Counted from the stretch's first letter, positions 1 to 9,971 are shown. The stretch is 64,000 bases of DNA from an uncultured virus (IMG/VR IMGVR_UViG_3300027754_000072) (IMGVR_UViG_3300027754_000072), one strand, 5' to 3'. The notes: generated by a model from the sequence alone, not told the origin. Translations and numbers: made by a program.

Positions 1-1
1 A

Positions 2-900
2 ATGATGGGTACAATGGGTGCAAGCGGTGCAAGCGGTGGTGGTAAAATGATGGGCGATAATGGTGCAAGCGGTGCAAGCGGTGGTGGTAAAATGATGGGT
101 ACAATGGGTGCAAGCGGTGCAAGCGGTGGTGGTAAAATGATGGGCGATAATGGTGCAAGCGGTGCAAGCGGTGGTGGTAAAATGATGGGCGTTAGTGGTT
201 CTATGGGCGTTAGTGGTTCTATGGGTGTTTCTGGTTCTATGGGTGTTTCTGGTTCTGGCGGTGTTAGTGGTTCTATGGGGGTTTCTGGTTCTATGGGTGT
301 TAGTGGTTCTATGGGTGTTAGTGGTTCTATGGGTGTTAGTGGTTCTATGGGTGTTAGTGGTTCTATGGGTGTTAGTGGTTCTATGGGTGTTTCTGGTTCT
401 GGCGGTGCTATGGGTATGAGCATGGGTGCTAGCGGTGCCATGGGCATGGGTGCTGGCGGTGCCATGGGCATGGGTGCTGGCGGTGGTATGAATGCTGGCG
501 GTGGTATGAATGCTGGCGGTGGTATGGGTGCTGGCGGTGGTATGAATGCTGGCGGTGGTATGAATGCTGGCGGTGGTATGAATGCTGGCGGTGGTATGAA
601 TGCTGGCGGTGGTATGAATGCTGGCGGTGGTATGAATTCTGGTGGTAACAATGGCGGTATGAATAATGCTGGTGGTAACAATGGCGGTATGAATAATGCT
701 GGTGGTAACAATGGCGGTATGAATAATGCTGGTGGGCAAATGGGCGGAAGAACTACTACTACAAAAAAACCTACTACTACTACATCTACCAGTACATCTA
801 CCAGTACATCTACCAGTACATCTACCAGTACATCTACCAGTACATCTACCAGTACATCTACCAGTACATCTACCAGTACATCTACCACTACATCTACTAC
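2..900 (+). repeat. Successive coding tandem repeat arrays (45-, 18-, 18-, 30- and 12-nt units)
   Basis: e.g. ggtgttagtggttctatg, aatgctggcggtggtatg, tacatctaccag repeated head-to-tail; all unit lengths are multiples of 3. Confidence 0.95.
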
Positions 901-970
901 AGCAGCAGGAGCTTACAGAAGTAGAAGTAGAAATATAAACAGAAGAAGAAGAAGATTTATTCCTGAATAA
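2..970 (+). CDS. 5'-truncated low-complexity Gly/Met/Ser repeat protein with Thr/Ser linker and Arg-rich C-terminus
   Basis: Open frame made of tandem repeats (MMGxxGASGASGGGK, GVSGSM, NAGGGM, GGNNGGMNNA, TS) ending RSRSRNINRRRRRFIPE-TAA. Confidence 0.7.
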   Translation: MMGTMGASGASGGGKMMGDNGASGASGGGKMMGTMGASGASGGGKMMGDNGASGASGGGKMMGVSGSMGVSGSMGVSGSMGVSGSGGVSGSMGVSGSMGVSGSMGVSGSMGVSGSMGVSGSMGVSGSMGVSGSGGAMGMSMGASGAMGMGAGGAMGMGAGGGMNAGGGMNAGGGMGAGGGMNAGGGMNAGGGMNAGGGMNAGGGMNAGGGMNSGGNNGGMNNAGGNNGGMNNAGGNNGGMNNAGGQMGGRTTTTKKPTTTTSTSTSTSTSTSTSTSTSTSTSTSTSTSTSTSTSTTTSTTAAGAYRSRSRNINRRRRRFIPE

Positions 971-1008
971 TAATAAAACTAAGATTTGAAATAAAAATCA
1001 AAAGGATA

Positions 1009-1488
1009 CTAAGCTTCTAATTCATTTATTATACCACCAAATGTTTGTTCATTATGATCATTTGGCACAATAAATGAATTAGACAGTTTATCCATTTCTT
1101 TTCTAAGCATATGACCACGATTATGTGCATCTTCTCTTGAAGAATTCAAGGATTGCAAATGATGATAAATAATATCCTTTATATGCTTTGCTTCAATTAA
1201 AGCTTTTTTATATTTCTGAACCTCATCAGATCCTTTAGCAAACAATTCAGCGGACTTATCACTTTTTCCTTCTTCTTTACATTTTTTAAATTCGTTAATA
1301 AAAGAAAGATCTGTTTTTTGTTCTATTAAAGAACAAATTCTTTGTGCATTTGCCAAACAACGACCAATATAATCTATTTTCCCAGATATTTTTTCAAAAA
1401 AAACATTTATAGTAGCATCTGTAAATTTTAAATCATCAGGATTAATTTCTACTATTGATTCACCAACTTTAACTGTAAAACTACTCAT
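1009..1488 (-). CDS. UvsY-like recombination mediator protein
   Basis: 159 aa helical protein with SDKSAELFAKGSDEV...LQSLNSSREDAHNRG pattern; directly downstream of the helicase. Confidence 0.55.
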   Translation of the reverse strand: MSSFTVKVGESIVEINPDDLKFTDATINVFFEKISGKIDYIGRCLANAQRICSLIEQKTDLSFINEFKKCKEEGKSDKSAELFAKGSDEVQKYKKALIEAKHIKDIIYHHLQSLNSSREDAHNRGHMLRKEMDKLSNSFIVPNDHNEQTFGGIINELEA

Positions 1489-3001
1489 CTTCTACCTCGT
1501 TTTCTTTTGTTTCATCTTTTGCTTTATGCTTACTCTTTATTCCAGATGAATCTATGTTAGTTAATTGTGCTTTTTTTGATTGTACATCATTTAAAGTTAT
1601 TCTGTATTTTGTTTCAGAACACTCATACATTGAGAGTGTATTATAATTAAAATTAACATAAAAATGAAATCTGCTTTTTCCATTTCTATGTTTAATAATA
1701 AATATTCTTCCTACGCTACCATCTTTTTCTTCATTAGTTTGATTAATTGACCACAAACCATCAAGTGGTTTAAATTGATCAAAACTACCTCCAATATTAC
1801 CCTCATCAATAAAACCACTACTATCAATATCAGCAGCAGATTTACTTGGTTGAATACAAGTTACACAACAAAATTGATATTCCATTGCTAAACCACGCAA
1901 ATCACGCATGATTCTATATTTTGATTCCCAACTAGGAATATTAGGAGTGTCTTTCATTTCTCCAACATAATCTATAATTACCATATCAGGCTTGTAACCA
2001 TAAAGATTAAGTTGAGAAACAAAAGAACGAACATCATTTACATCAATGCTTCCTGAAGGAAATTGTTTTACAACCAATAAATTCTTATCATCTTGATCTT
2101 TTACATGCAACTGCATCAAATCAATAATTTGGTCTTTGTTATTAAGCAAAAAGTTATAAGGAAGCTCTGTAAACTGGCTAGTAAATCTTTGGCAAATACC
2201 AACCCAATCCATTTCAATTGTAATATAAAGAACCTTCTTGTTGTTTTTCACATTTTCAACAGCAGCTTTTACAAGAGCAAGAGATTTACCTTTGCCTGGT
2301 AGTCCAATCCATGAATATATTTCTCCTCTTTGTAATCCACCACCAGCTAACGAATTATCAATTTTAACAAAGCCACTTGTAAACTTATCTTTCAAAGCGT
2401 TACTTTGAGCAATTTTATCAAAAAACTGATTGAGGTTTAAAAAATATTCAAATCCAACATCGAAATTTTTATTAACTAACATAGCCTTTTGAATATTATC
2501 ATAAATTTTAACCCAAACATCTTCGTCTTCAGAATTATTTTTTAATTCTCTTTGTGCTTTTTCTATCGCAAGTTTTAAAGCTTGTATTTTTGCAAAAAAA
2601 AGAATTTTATCTAAAAGAATTTCTCTTGAAGATACTTCTGGAACAAAGAATTCTAAAATGTTATCAAACTCATTGAGATAATAATTTCTTATTGCTTCAT
2701 CTCTATTTTTAATTCTTGATTCCAATGATTCTTTAATAAGAAAAATATCTGCTTTGACATCATATTTATCAAAATTTTCCAAGCAAATCTTTATTATTTC
2801 AGAATGACATTCATTAGCAAAATATTCAGGAAGTATTAAGCTTTTTGCTTGAGTTAAAAAATATTTATCAGTTAATATTAAACCAACAATTCTTCTTTGG
2901 AAATTATCATCCCAAGAATATTTTGGTTTTTTTGAAACATCAGGGTTCGTAAGAGATTCAACAATCTCTTTTGTTCTATCATCCATAATATTACTATGCA
3001 A
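1481..3001 (-). CDS. Replicative DNA helicase, DnaB/T4 gp41 family
   Basis: Walker A GLPGKGKS, YITIEM, VIIDY Walker B, IIKHRNG arginine finger, N-terminal DnaB-like domain. Confidence 0.92.
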   Translation of the reverse strand: MHSNIMDDRTKEIVESLTNPDVSKKPKYSWDDNFQRRIVGLILTDKYFLTQAKSLILPEYFANECHSEIIKICLENFDKYDVKADIFLIKESLESRIKNRDEAIRNYYLNEFDNILEFFVPEVSSREILLDKILFFAKIQALKLAIEKAQRELKNNSEDEDVWVKIYDNIQKAMLVNKNFDVGFEYFLNLNQFFDKIAQSNALKDKFTSGFVKIDNSLAGGGLQRGEIYSWIGLPGKGKSLALVKAAVENVKNNKKVLYITIEMDWVGICQRFTSQFTELPYNFLLNNKDQIIDLMQLHVKDQDDKNLLVVKQFPSGSIDVNDVRSFVSQLNLYGYKPDMVIIDYVGEMKDTPNIPSWESKYRIMRDLRGLAMEYQFCCVTCIQPSKSAADIDSSGFIDEGNIGGSFDQFKPLDGLWSINQTNEEKDGSVGRIFIIKHRNGKSRFHFYVNFNYNTLSMYECSETKYRITLNDVQSKKAQLTNIDSSGIKSKHKAKDETKENEVEDE

Positions 3002-3096
3002 TAAATAAAAGCATTAAGCAATAGCAAAAAAAATTAAACAAAAAGAAAAATTGTAAAATAAAGTTTATTTTTTAATTAAATGTTTTTTATAAAAAA

Positions 3097-3975
3097 TCAA
3101 TGAAAAAGATTGGTGTATTTTGAATAATCTCCCCAATAATCATTTAATAGACTTTTTTGCTTGCTATATATTTCATAATGTGATGTAAAATGATAACCAT
3201 GATTAACATGAACCGATGAATTAATTGAATTCCATTCGCCAATATTATTATTGTCATGTGAGGGTTCTACAATACCATTGTTTGTAATTAAAGCATTTGG
3301 TAAAATTGATTCAAAGTGCTTAATAGCATAATCAAACTTCATAGTGATTTGAGATAAAGGCTTGTGGTTTTCGTTTTTGTATTGCCATCCGTCTTTAGAT
3401 AAACCAATGTAATTCATATTGCATATACAATTTTCAGAAAAATCTTCATAGTTAAAATACCCTTCTGGATACAAGCAGTCATGCTCTAAAAAACTAACAT
3501 ATTTGTAATTTTTATTTAATATTCTTGAAAAATATAAAAGCTGTAAAATTTGAGTTACTTGATTTAAATGGCTACTTACTTTTGTTTGTGCAGTTAATTC
3601 TATAAATGGATTATTAACTATTTTATTCCATACACAAGTAAAAACATCTGCTCTTTCGTATGCTGCTTTTTTAATTGTGTTCAAAGAAAGATCTATTGCA
3701 TCATATACTTTCTCATTATGATTATTAGTGTAAAATATTCCAAGTCTTTCTTTTGTCAATTTTGGATATACTAAAAATTCATTTTCATTAACACTCAACA
3801 AAGAACCATCGTCAATTTCTACAATTATTTTTTTAAAATGTCCCACATTTGGATCACCAAATAAATCATTACTAACCATAAAAGTTAATCTGTTGTTAAA
3901 AATTAATGATTGAACATCTTTAGTAACATCTTTAGTAACATCTTTACTGCCATAGGTTGCTTTAATTATTTTCAT
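3097..3975 (-). CDS. Glycosyltransferase-like protein with N-terminal lectin-like (DUF3395-like) domain
   Basis: N-terminal IIKATYG...DVT...LFGDPNVG motif; FLEHDCLY DxD-like motif of GT-A folds. Confidence 0.5.
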   Translation of the reverse strand: MKIIKATYGSKDVTKDVTKDVQSLIFNNRLTFMVSNDLFGDPNVGHFKKIIVEIDDGSLLSVNENEFLVYPKLTKERLGIFYTNNHNEKVYDAIDLSLNTIKKAAYERADVFTCVWNKIVNNPFIELTAQTKVSSHLNQVTQILQLLYFSRILNKNYKYVSFLEHDCLYPEGYFNYEDFSENCICNMNYIGLSKDGWQYKNENHKPLSQITMKFDYAIKHFESILPNALITNNGIVEPSHDNNNIGEWNSINSSVHVNHGYHFTSHYEIYSKQKSLLNDYWGDYSKYTNLFH

Positions 3976-4045
3976 TACATTAACTCCAAATAATAATATA
4001 TTTATATTTATTAATATTTGTTGTTTTTATTCTAATTAATTTTAA

Positions 4046-4606
4046 TTATATAAATGTAGATAAATAATCAAAATCTGACAAGCTTACTTGTCCTGTCCTA
4101 ATAGGTCTTTCTTTTGAAATTTTCTTACCTAATGATCTTTGAGCATTCCATAATATTTGCTTGGCGTAAGTATCAAACTTTGAATCCATAATCAAACCAG
4201 CATTTTTTTGTGGTTTTGATTTTTTAACAGTAGTAAGATTAACAAGTTTTTCCAAAATCTTCTCTTCTGGGATTCCAAAAAGCTGTCTGTTTGCTCCATG
4301 CTTGGTTCTATTAAGCCATAAATTGTAAATCGTATTTAACTTTTTCAAAATTGTTTTATTTTTAGTATTTTCATTTACAGCAGAAAATGAATTTTCAATA
4401 TAACATTGTCTTTTGTAATAAGATCCTGCTCTTAATACAGATATCATAAGCTCTTGTTGAAAATCCTCTATTTCATAATCATGATTATTATTGCTATTCT
4501 TCCTAGATAATTGCCAAGAAGCATAATAACAAAGCTTGCCAAATTTTTTATTAAGAGTTTCGTATTCTTCTGCTGTAATTGGAAAATTTTTAGATATTAA
4601 ATTCAT
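4046..4606 (-). CDS. Sigma-70 region 2-like protein with insertion
   Basis: IEDFQQELMISVLRA and KFDTYAKQILWN resemble sigma regions 2.2 and 2.3, separated by a long insert; no region 4. Confidence 0.45.
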   Translation of the reverse strand: MNLISKNFPITAEEYETLNKKFGKLCYYASWQLSRKNSNNNHDYEIEDFQQELMISVLRAGSYYKRQCYIENSFSAVNENTKNKTILKKLNTIYNLWLNRTKHGANRQLFGIPEEKILEKLVNLTTVKKSKPQKNAGLIMDSKFDTYAKQILWNAQRSLGKKISKERPIRTGQVSLSDFDYLSTFI

Positions 4607-4636
4607 ATACTATTATAACAATTATTTTTATTTAAG

Positions 4637-6001
4637 CTAGATTGCATCTTTTTTCTTTAACTCAATCATATTATTAAGTCTTTTTCCTATTTTTAAAGAT
4701 GCTGTTAAATTACAGTTTGGCATGAATTGGCTCTTTGATTCTAAGACTTTTTTTATTTGTGGATAAATAGCTAAAGAATTTGATTTGTTTGTTGTAACGC
4801 CATATCCGTCATGAATAGAAAAAACTATTTTTTCATTTTTTATATTTAAGTTCTTATGAAGACAAACAAGTTTTTCTAAACACAAAAGGGCTGCTGGTGA
4901 CTGAACAACAAAATTTCTAGCTTTGTAATAATTATCTTCAAAATATCTTATTCTTGAAAAAAAATCCTTAACATACCCATTACGCTTTGCCTCTTCTTGA
5001 GCATTATCTGAAAATTCAAAAACAGTTGGAAACAATTTTCGTAACCTAAAAATTATTTCTTTTGCCGTGTTCTCAGATATCTCTAATGTTTGCGAAAGCG
5101 AATTAGATAATTGCCCATAAACAATTGGCAAAAAGAACTTCTTTGCTATATTTCTAGAATTTTCATTTTCTCCACCTATTACAAGTTTATAAATACTTTC
5201 ATAAAAATCTTTTTTAGATTCTAATATTTTATTAAGATTTTTATCATTGCATATTTCTGCCAATACTGAAACTTCCATGTTTTTATAATCAAACAACATA
5301 AATATATCATGAGGATAACAAGGTCTTAGATAGTTTCTTTGGTACTCACCTATTGAATGCGGGTTAAAACTCTTCTTTAAATGCATTTGGCAAGACAATC
5401 TGCCGTTTTCCTGCCCTTCAACTTTATAAAAAGAAAAAACTTTACATTCCTCATCTATGTCAATCAAACAATTGTTTTCTATGCAAGGAATTACATCCCT
5501 TAATAAAAGCCCATAAATCGATTTATAGAGGTTTATTCTTTCAGACGACAAAAGAGTTGTTATTTCAGAGAAGTGCTTTAAAACATCATTTATTGAAGAT
5601 AATTGGATGTCTCTTTTGCCAGAATAAGAAAAGAACCATTGCATGTCTAAAAATGAACATTCAAAAATAGATGGATTAATATTTTTTGATAACAAATACG
5701 AGAAAAAAGGTTTTGAATTAAAACAAAGTACCTTCTTGTCTTTTCCAAATATTGTTTGTTTCAAAAACTTTGAATATAAACCTAAATTATCTTTTTTTAA
5801 GCTCAAGTTAATTACCGAACCTTTTACTCCTTCAATAATTAAAATTGGATTTGTTAAATTGTGAGAATGATCATAATCCAAATCATTTGTAATTGAAAAA
5901 AAAACAATAGGTTCCTTGTTGGAAAAGTTCATTAAGCTCTGAAGTAAATCCGTGTCACTGTTCATAACCAAAATATTACAACATTCTAAGCAAAAGTTCA
6001 A
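4637..6001 (-). CDS. Divergent family A DNA polymerase-like protein
   Basis: GRLS, motif A DYKNMEVSVLA, motif B RNIAKKFFLPIVYG, ARNFVVQSPAA, motif C IHDG (canonical HDE). Confidence 0.8.
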   Translation of the reverse strand: MNFCLECCNILVMNSDTDLLQSLMNFSNKEPIVFFSITNDLDYDHSHNLTNPILIIEGVKGSVINLSLKKDNLGLYSKFLKQTIFGKDKKVLCFNSKPFFSYLLSKNINPSIFECSFLDMQWFFSYSGKRDIQLSSINDVLKHFSEITTLLSSERINLYKSIYGLLLRDVIPCIENNCLIDIDEECKVFSFYKVEGQENGRLSCQMHLKKSFNPHSIGEYQRNYLRPCYPHDIFMLFDYKNMEVSVLAEICNDKNLNKILESKKDFYESIYKLVIGGENENSRNIAKKFFLPIVYGQLSNSLSQTLEISENTAKEIIFRLRKLFPTVFEFSDNAQEEAKRNGYVKDFFSRIRYFEDNYYKARNFVVQSPAALLCLEKLVCLHKNLNIKNEKIVFSIHDGYGVTTNKSNSLAIYPQIKKVLESKSQFMPNCNLTASLKIGKRLNNMIELKKKDAI

Positions 6002-6048
6002 TTACTATTTTAGTTTTAGTTTTAGTTTACATCTTATATTTACATAAC

Positions 6049-6445
6049 GGGGGGCGGTTCCAAGATAATCTCTTTAATATATAAGTACTTAATATATAAG
6101 CACTTATGTAGTTAAAAGTATTATCTTGGCTTTAGCTAACTTATATTCTTTGTTAAGAATACTGAAGCTTCTAGGTTGCAACTAAATGCATTGTACTTGT
6201 TAAGTATTATTCTAACTTAAGTTATTTTCAGTTTATAAATTTAATTATAAACTAAAGCTTCCGCCCTTACTGATGCTAACTTAAGTAACTGTAATATTAC
6301 CGTTCTTGTAGAGATCCCGTATTTCTCCAAGGTTCAGAACAGGTGGGATGTTAATCCTTCTGCCACGGTAAGTTTTTTTGTATTTCAAAAGAAATACTTC
6401 CATAATTTTATTTAAGCGAGTACTGGCTTTAAACTTATGGAAATT
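6049..6445. other. Hairpin-dense non-coding region (candidate replication origin or structured RNA)
   Basis: Multiple nested inverted repeats, e.g. ccaagataat 6060-6069/attatcttgg 6120-6129 and ttaccgt 6297-6303/acggtaa 6365-6371. Confidence 0.45.
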
Positions 6446-6589
6446 AATAATTTAATTTATTGTAGTTAAAACAAAAAATAAAATTATTAGTTGAATTAGT
6501 TTATACTAAAAAATAAATAAAATCAACAAGCTTAAACAAAAAACTTGTTTAAATTGGTTATTTTGTTATATTTAAGGGAAGGAGACAAA

Positions 6590-6838
6590 ATGCGAGAAAA
6601 AATAGAAACCTTCTGTAAAAACAATGAATTAGAAGTTCTTTTTTTAGATAATTTTGATGAAGCAATAATTTGCTTAATACAATCTTTTAATATATACAAA
6701 ATATTATATGATACAAATAAAATATTATCAATATTATCAAAAGATATGACTGAAGAAGATGCAATTGAATACTTTGAATTTAATATACTTGGTTCTTATG
6801 TAGGAGAAAGCACACCAGCTTTTACTGAAGATGTTTAA
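6590..6838 (+). CDS. Small conserved phage protein
   Basis: ATG after aggag RBS; EDAIEYFEFNILGSYVGESTP motif of a type common in phage proteins. Confidence 0.7.
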   Translation: MREKIETFCKNNELEVLFLDNFDEAIICLIQSFNIYKILYDTNKILSILSKDMTEEDAIEYFEFNILGSYVGESTPAFTEDV

Positions 6839-7523
6839 ATTTAATATTCATATGCCACAAAAATATGATATGACACCAAAAGAAACTTTGGCGTATCAAT
6901 GTTGCATAATATATGAGCACTGTTCAAATATGATATTTCCAAATTACATACATGCAAGGTTAAAAAGAAAAGGTGACCCTAGAAACTGCTCATTGTTTAA
7001 GCATTGTTACAAAATGGTTAATTCTTTAGAAGGTAAATTAGATAAAAAACTTTATCCATATTTTATAAAAGCACAATTTGATATTTTTCTTAAGATTTTT
7101 CAAACTACAAATCAATGCCCTTTAATATCTCCAGCAATTATATCTAGCGAGAAATCATTTAGCAGATGGAAAGTTTGGAAATACTATAATGAAAAAATTA
7201 AATATATTAAAAACGAAAATAATATTATTACTGCTTCTCAGCCTCTGTTAGTTAATGAGTTTTCAAAAACTCTTGATTTTATGAATTCTAATTCAGAATT
7301 ATTCAAAGATATTGCAAGTTTTATTGATAATAGTAGTAATATTCTTAAGCTTTGTATTATAAAAAAATTAAGTCCTTATTATATTGCACTTTCTCCTTGG
7401 ATTGAGAAATTAAAATCTAAAGAAGAAATTTATACAATTTCAAATTCTGAAATAATATTAGAAATATTATCAGACGAAGATAAACAATTACATAAGAAAT
7501 ATTTTTATAAAGAATATGTTTAA
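6831..7523 (+). CDS. Hypothetical protein
   Basis: 230 aa ORF overlapping the upstream stop. Confidence 0.7.
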   Translation: MFKFNIHMPQKYDMTPKETLAYQCCIIYEHCSNMIFPNYIHARLKRKGDPRNCSLFKHCYKMVNSLEGKLDKKLYPYFIKAQFDIFLKIFQTTNQCPLISPAIISSEKSFSRWKVWKYYNEKIKYIKNENNIITASQPLLVNEFSKTLDFMNSNSELFKDIASFIDNSSNILKLCIIKKLSPYYIALSPWIEKLKSKEEIYTISNSEIILEILSDEDKQLHKKYFYKEYV

Positions 7524-7536
7524 ATTTAATAAAAAA

Positions 7537-8238
7537 TTATTTAATTTGATTTAATCTATAGATTTCATCTGGTGATTGATCAATATGTCCAGCTTTACCT
7601 TCTGCATCAAAGAAACCATGTGCCAAGTATTTTCCTCCTTTGTCGGAAGTAACATAATGAAAAGCACTTAATTTTTTGTTTAATCCACGAAGAACAGTAT
7701 GATCACCTGCTGATAACGAATTAGCATTTTTATTTAAAGCATTTTTTTCCGCAGTCGTAAGCACATTATCTGTGATTCCTTTTCCTTGCATGTAATTTTT
7801 AATATCTTTTGGCAACATTGATGTTAGTTCGCTATGACTTGATTTAAGATCTATGTTGCTTTGCATAGTTGTAAAATCATCTGGATCATCTTGGTTTGCA
7901 CTTCTTACAGAATATTGGAAGTCATCTTTTTTACGGCTGTCCCTTGTGAGGTTGTCGATTGTATCAACATCATATGTAGCATGTGGGTCGTTAGGCACAT
8001 CTTTTTCACCTTGAATCAAGGTATCATGATCTGGAGAAAATTTAAAATTGTTTCTAACATCATTAGGAGCATAAGATTTTCCTGCAAATCCTAATCCAGC
8101 ACCAAGCATCGCAGCACCCATTACGCCTTTATGTAATCCTTGTTTAACTCCTTTCCAAGAAGGAAGTTTAAATTCATTTAAAAGTTCATCGTAAAGTTCT
8201 GGATCTCGTTGTTCTAAGAATGTTTTAAATGTTTTCAT
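7537..8238 (-). CDS. Putative internal head (ejected) protein with capsid-targeting leader and hydrophobic segment
   Basis: Starts MKTFKTFLEQRDPELYDELLNE, then GVMGAAMLGAGLGFAG; RBS-like aagaga before ATG 8238. Confidence 0.55.
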   Translation of the reverse strand: MKTFKTFLEQRDPELYDELLNEFKLPSWKGVKQGLHKGVMGAAMLGAGLGFAGKSYAPNDVRNNFKFSPDHDTLIQGEKDVPNDPHATYDVDTIDNLTRDSRKKDDFQYSVRSANQDDPDDFTTMQSNIDLKSSHSELTSMLPKDIKNYMQGKGITDNVLTTAEKNALNKNANSLSAGDHTVLRGLNKKLSAFHYVTSDKGGKYLAHGFFDAEGKAGHIDQSPDEIYRLNQIK

Positions 8239-8292
8239 TTTTCTCTTTTTTAACATAAGACAATTTAAATTATATATGTTTTAAGTTTTAAA

Positions 8293-9579
8293 TTAAACTA
8301 CTGTTTTCGCTGGTTCATTTTGTTTTTCTTGTACATATTTATCAAAATTAGATTGTAAATATTTGCTAAAGTTTCTAATTCTATTTCCTATTTTTTCTTT
8401 ATCTTTTTCTTTATCTTTTCCTTGATCTTCTTCTTTGTCTTTATCTTGAAAATTTTGAAACATATCAAATATTGCTTGAACATCTTTTGTATAACGATCA
8501 CGATTTGTCAAGAAATGCGTTAAAACAACATTCAATTTTTCTGGATCTTTTCCTGTATATTCTGAATATTGCTTCTTCATACTTGAAACTCTTACTCCTA
8601 TTTCTGCATAATCTAATAAATAAGTCATATAAGTATCTTTGTATTCAGTATTTGAATCATGTGAATCATTATCTGATTTAACATTTTTCTGCATTGCATG
8701 TGCAAGTTCATGTTCAAGTGTACCATCTGAAACTGCACTAGGATCAATTATACAAATGCTTTTTCTTGTTCCTCCTAGTGTAATAGTCATGCAAAAGCCT
8801 TTAGTTCCTTTTGATTGATTGAATTTTTGAGGACTTTCAAATATCACAGGTACCTCATCATATAACTTGTCAATTAATGGTATAGAAGAATCATTCGGGC
8901 TTTCTTTTTGTGCTTTTCTTGCTCTTTCTATTACAGCATCTGCATGTATTCCATAAGATTTTCTTACTAAGTCTATCGGTCTATAAGTTTTAATTTTTTC
9001 TTTTTCAACATCTACATTAAATTTAGATTTTGCATACTTAACAAAAGTATCTTTTTCTTGATCACTCCATTTAGAATATTTAATATTTTCTATTTTAGCT
9101 ACTGGTTTAGCCTCTGGCTTAGATACTATTGGTTCATTGACTTTTTCTTTTTGCACTTCTATTACTGCGTTATAAAAAGTTTTAGTTCCAAATGAACTTG
9201 GAACCCAAGTCAAATCTGGTTCACCTTTGTTGTTTAATATTCCTGATTTTATTAGTATTTCTTTATGCTGAGGTGTTTTACTAAATTCTATGAATTTTTT
9301 TGCTGCATCTTTTAATTCTTTTTCTGTATTAATACCTGATATGAAATTAGGGCCACCATTTTTAATATATGTTTGATTAAATGAATATTCAGTGTTTTTG
9401 TCATGATGAGGTGCGACATATGGTATATTTGTTCTATCTGTTGCTTGGACATCGCCTCCAAAGAAAGATGCTGCTAACGCACTAGCACCTAATGCCAAAC
9501 CATCTCTCCATCCTTCATTTAAAAGTTCATCGTAAAGGTTTGGATCTCGTTGTTCTAGGAATGCTTTAAATGATTTCAT
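8293..9579 (-). CDS. Putative internal head protein with zincin HExxH metallopeptidase motif
   Basis: Leader MKSFKAFLEQRDPNLYDELLNE, hydrophobic LALGASALAASFFGG, LEHELAHAMQ plus downstream AEIGVR glutamate. Confidence 0.6.
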   Translation of the reverse strand: MKSFKAFLEQRDPNLYDELLNEGWRDGLALGASALAASFFGGDVQATDRTNIPYVAPHHDKNTEYSFNQTYIKNGGPNFISGINTEKELKDAAKKFIEFSKTPQHKEILIKSGILNNKGEPDLTWVPSSFGTKTFYNAVIEVQKEKVNEPIVSKPEAKPVAKIENIKYSKWSDQEKDTFVKYAKSKFNVDVEKEKIKTYRPIDLVRKSYGIHADAVIERARKAQKESPNDSSIPLIDKLYDEVPVIFESPQKFNQSKGTKGFCMTITLGGTRKSICIIDPSAVSDGTLEHELAHAMQKNVKSDNDSHDSNTEYKDTYMTYLLDYAEIGVRVSSMKKQYSEYTGKDPEKLNVVLTHFLTNRDRYTKDVQAIFDMFQNFQDKDKEEDQGKDKEKDKEKIGNRIRNFSKYLQSNFDKYVQEKQNEPAKTVV

Positions 9580-9590
9580 ATTACATATAT

Positions 9591-9920
9591 CTATAAGGGA
9601 ACATGAAATAATTTTATTATTAAAATTCCAATAACAACTAGGGTTAATCCTATTATTTGATTTATGTTAAATTTAAACTGAAATATAAAAATTGGAATCA
9701 AATAACCGATAAAAATAAGCATAAAATCCCAATATATACTATTTATTAATATGTCTTCTTTATTGTTTAATTTTTTAATAAGTAGAAAATAGCACATTGA
9801 ACTAAATAGATTACAACAAATTGACATTGGTAAAAACCAATTTGTTTTTCTCATAGGTTCATGGAATGTCATCAACATTACTATTAAGTAGAAAAAAGAA
9901 GCAATTATATAATACTGCAT
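9591..9920 (-). CDS. Small 4-TM membrane protein (SMR/EamA-like)
   Basis: 109 aa, four hydrophobic stretches, C-terminal NQIIGLTLVVIGILII typical of DMT/SMR proteins. Confidence 0.6.
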   Translation of the reverse strand: MQYYIIASFFYLIVMLMTFHEPMRKTNWFLPMSICCNLFSSMCYFLLIKKLNNKEDILINSIYWDFMLIFIGYLIPIFIFQFKFNINQIIGLTLVVIGILIIKLFHVPL

Positions 9921-9971
9921 ATTTTTATTTATAATTAAAATTTAAATTTCATAATGCAATATGATAATTTT

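Noticed and set aside
2..900. Possible CRISPR array in the repeat-rich start
   Set aside because: Repeats are head-to-tail with no unique spacers and keep one reading frame; no cas genes seen.
195..938. Alternative-frame ORFs 195-419 and 726-938
   Set aside because: Shadows of the tandem repeats in ORF 2-970.
6267..6371. Hammerhead ribozyme or tRNA in the structured intergenic region
   Set aside because: No CUGANGA/GAAA core or cloverleaf could be built by eye on either strand.
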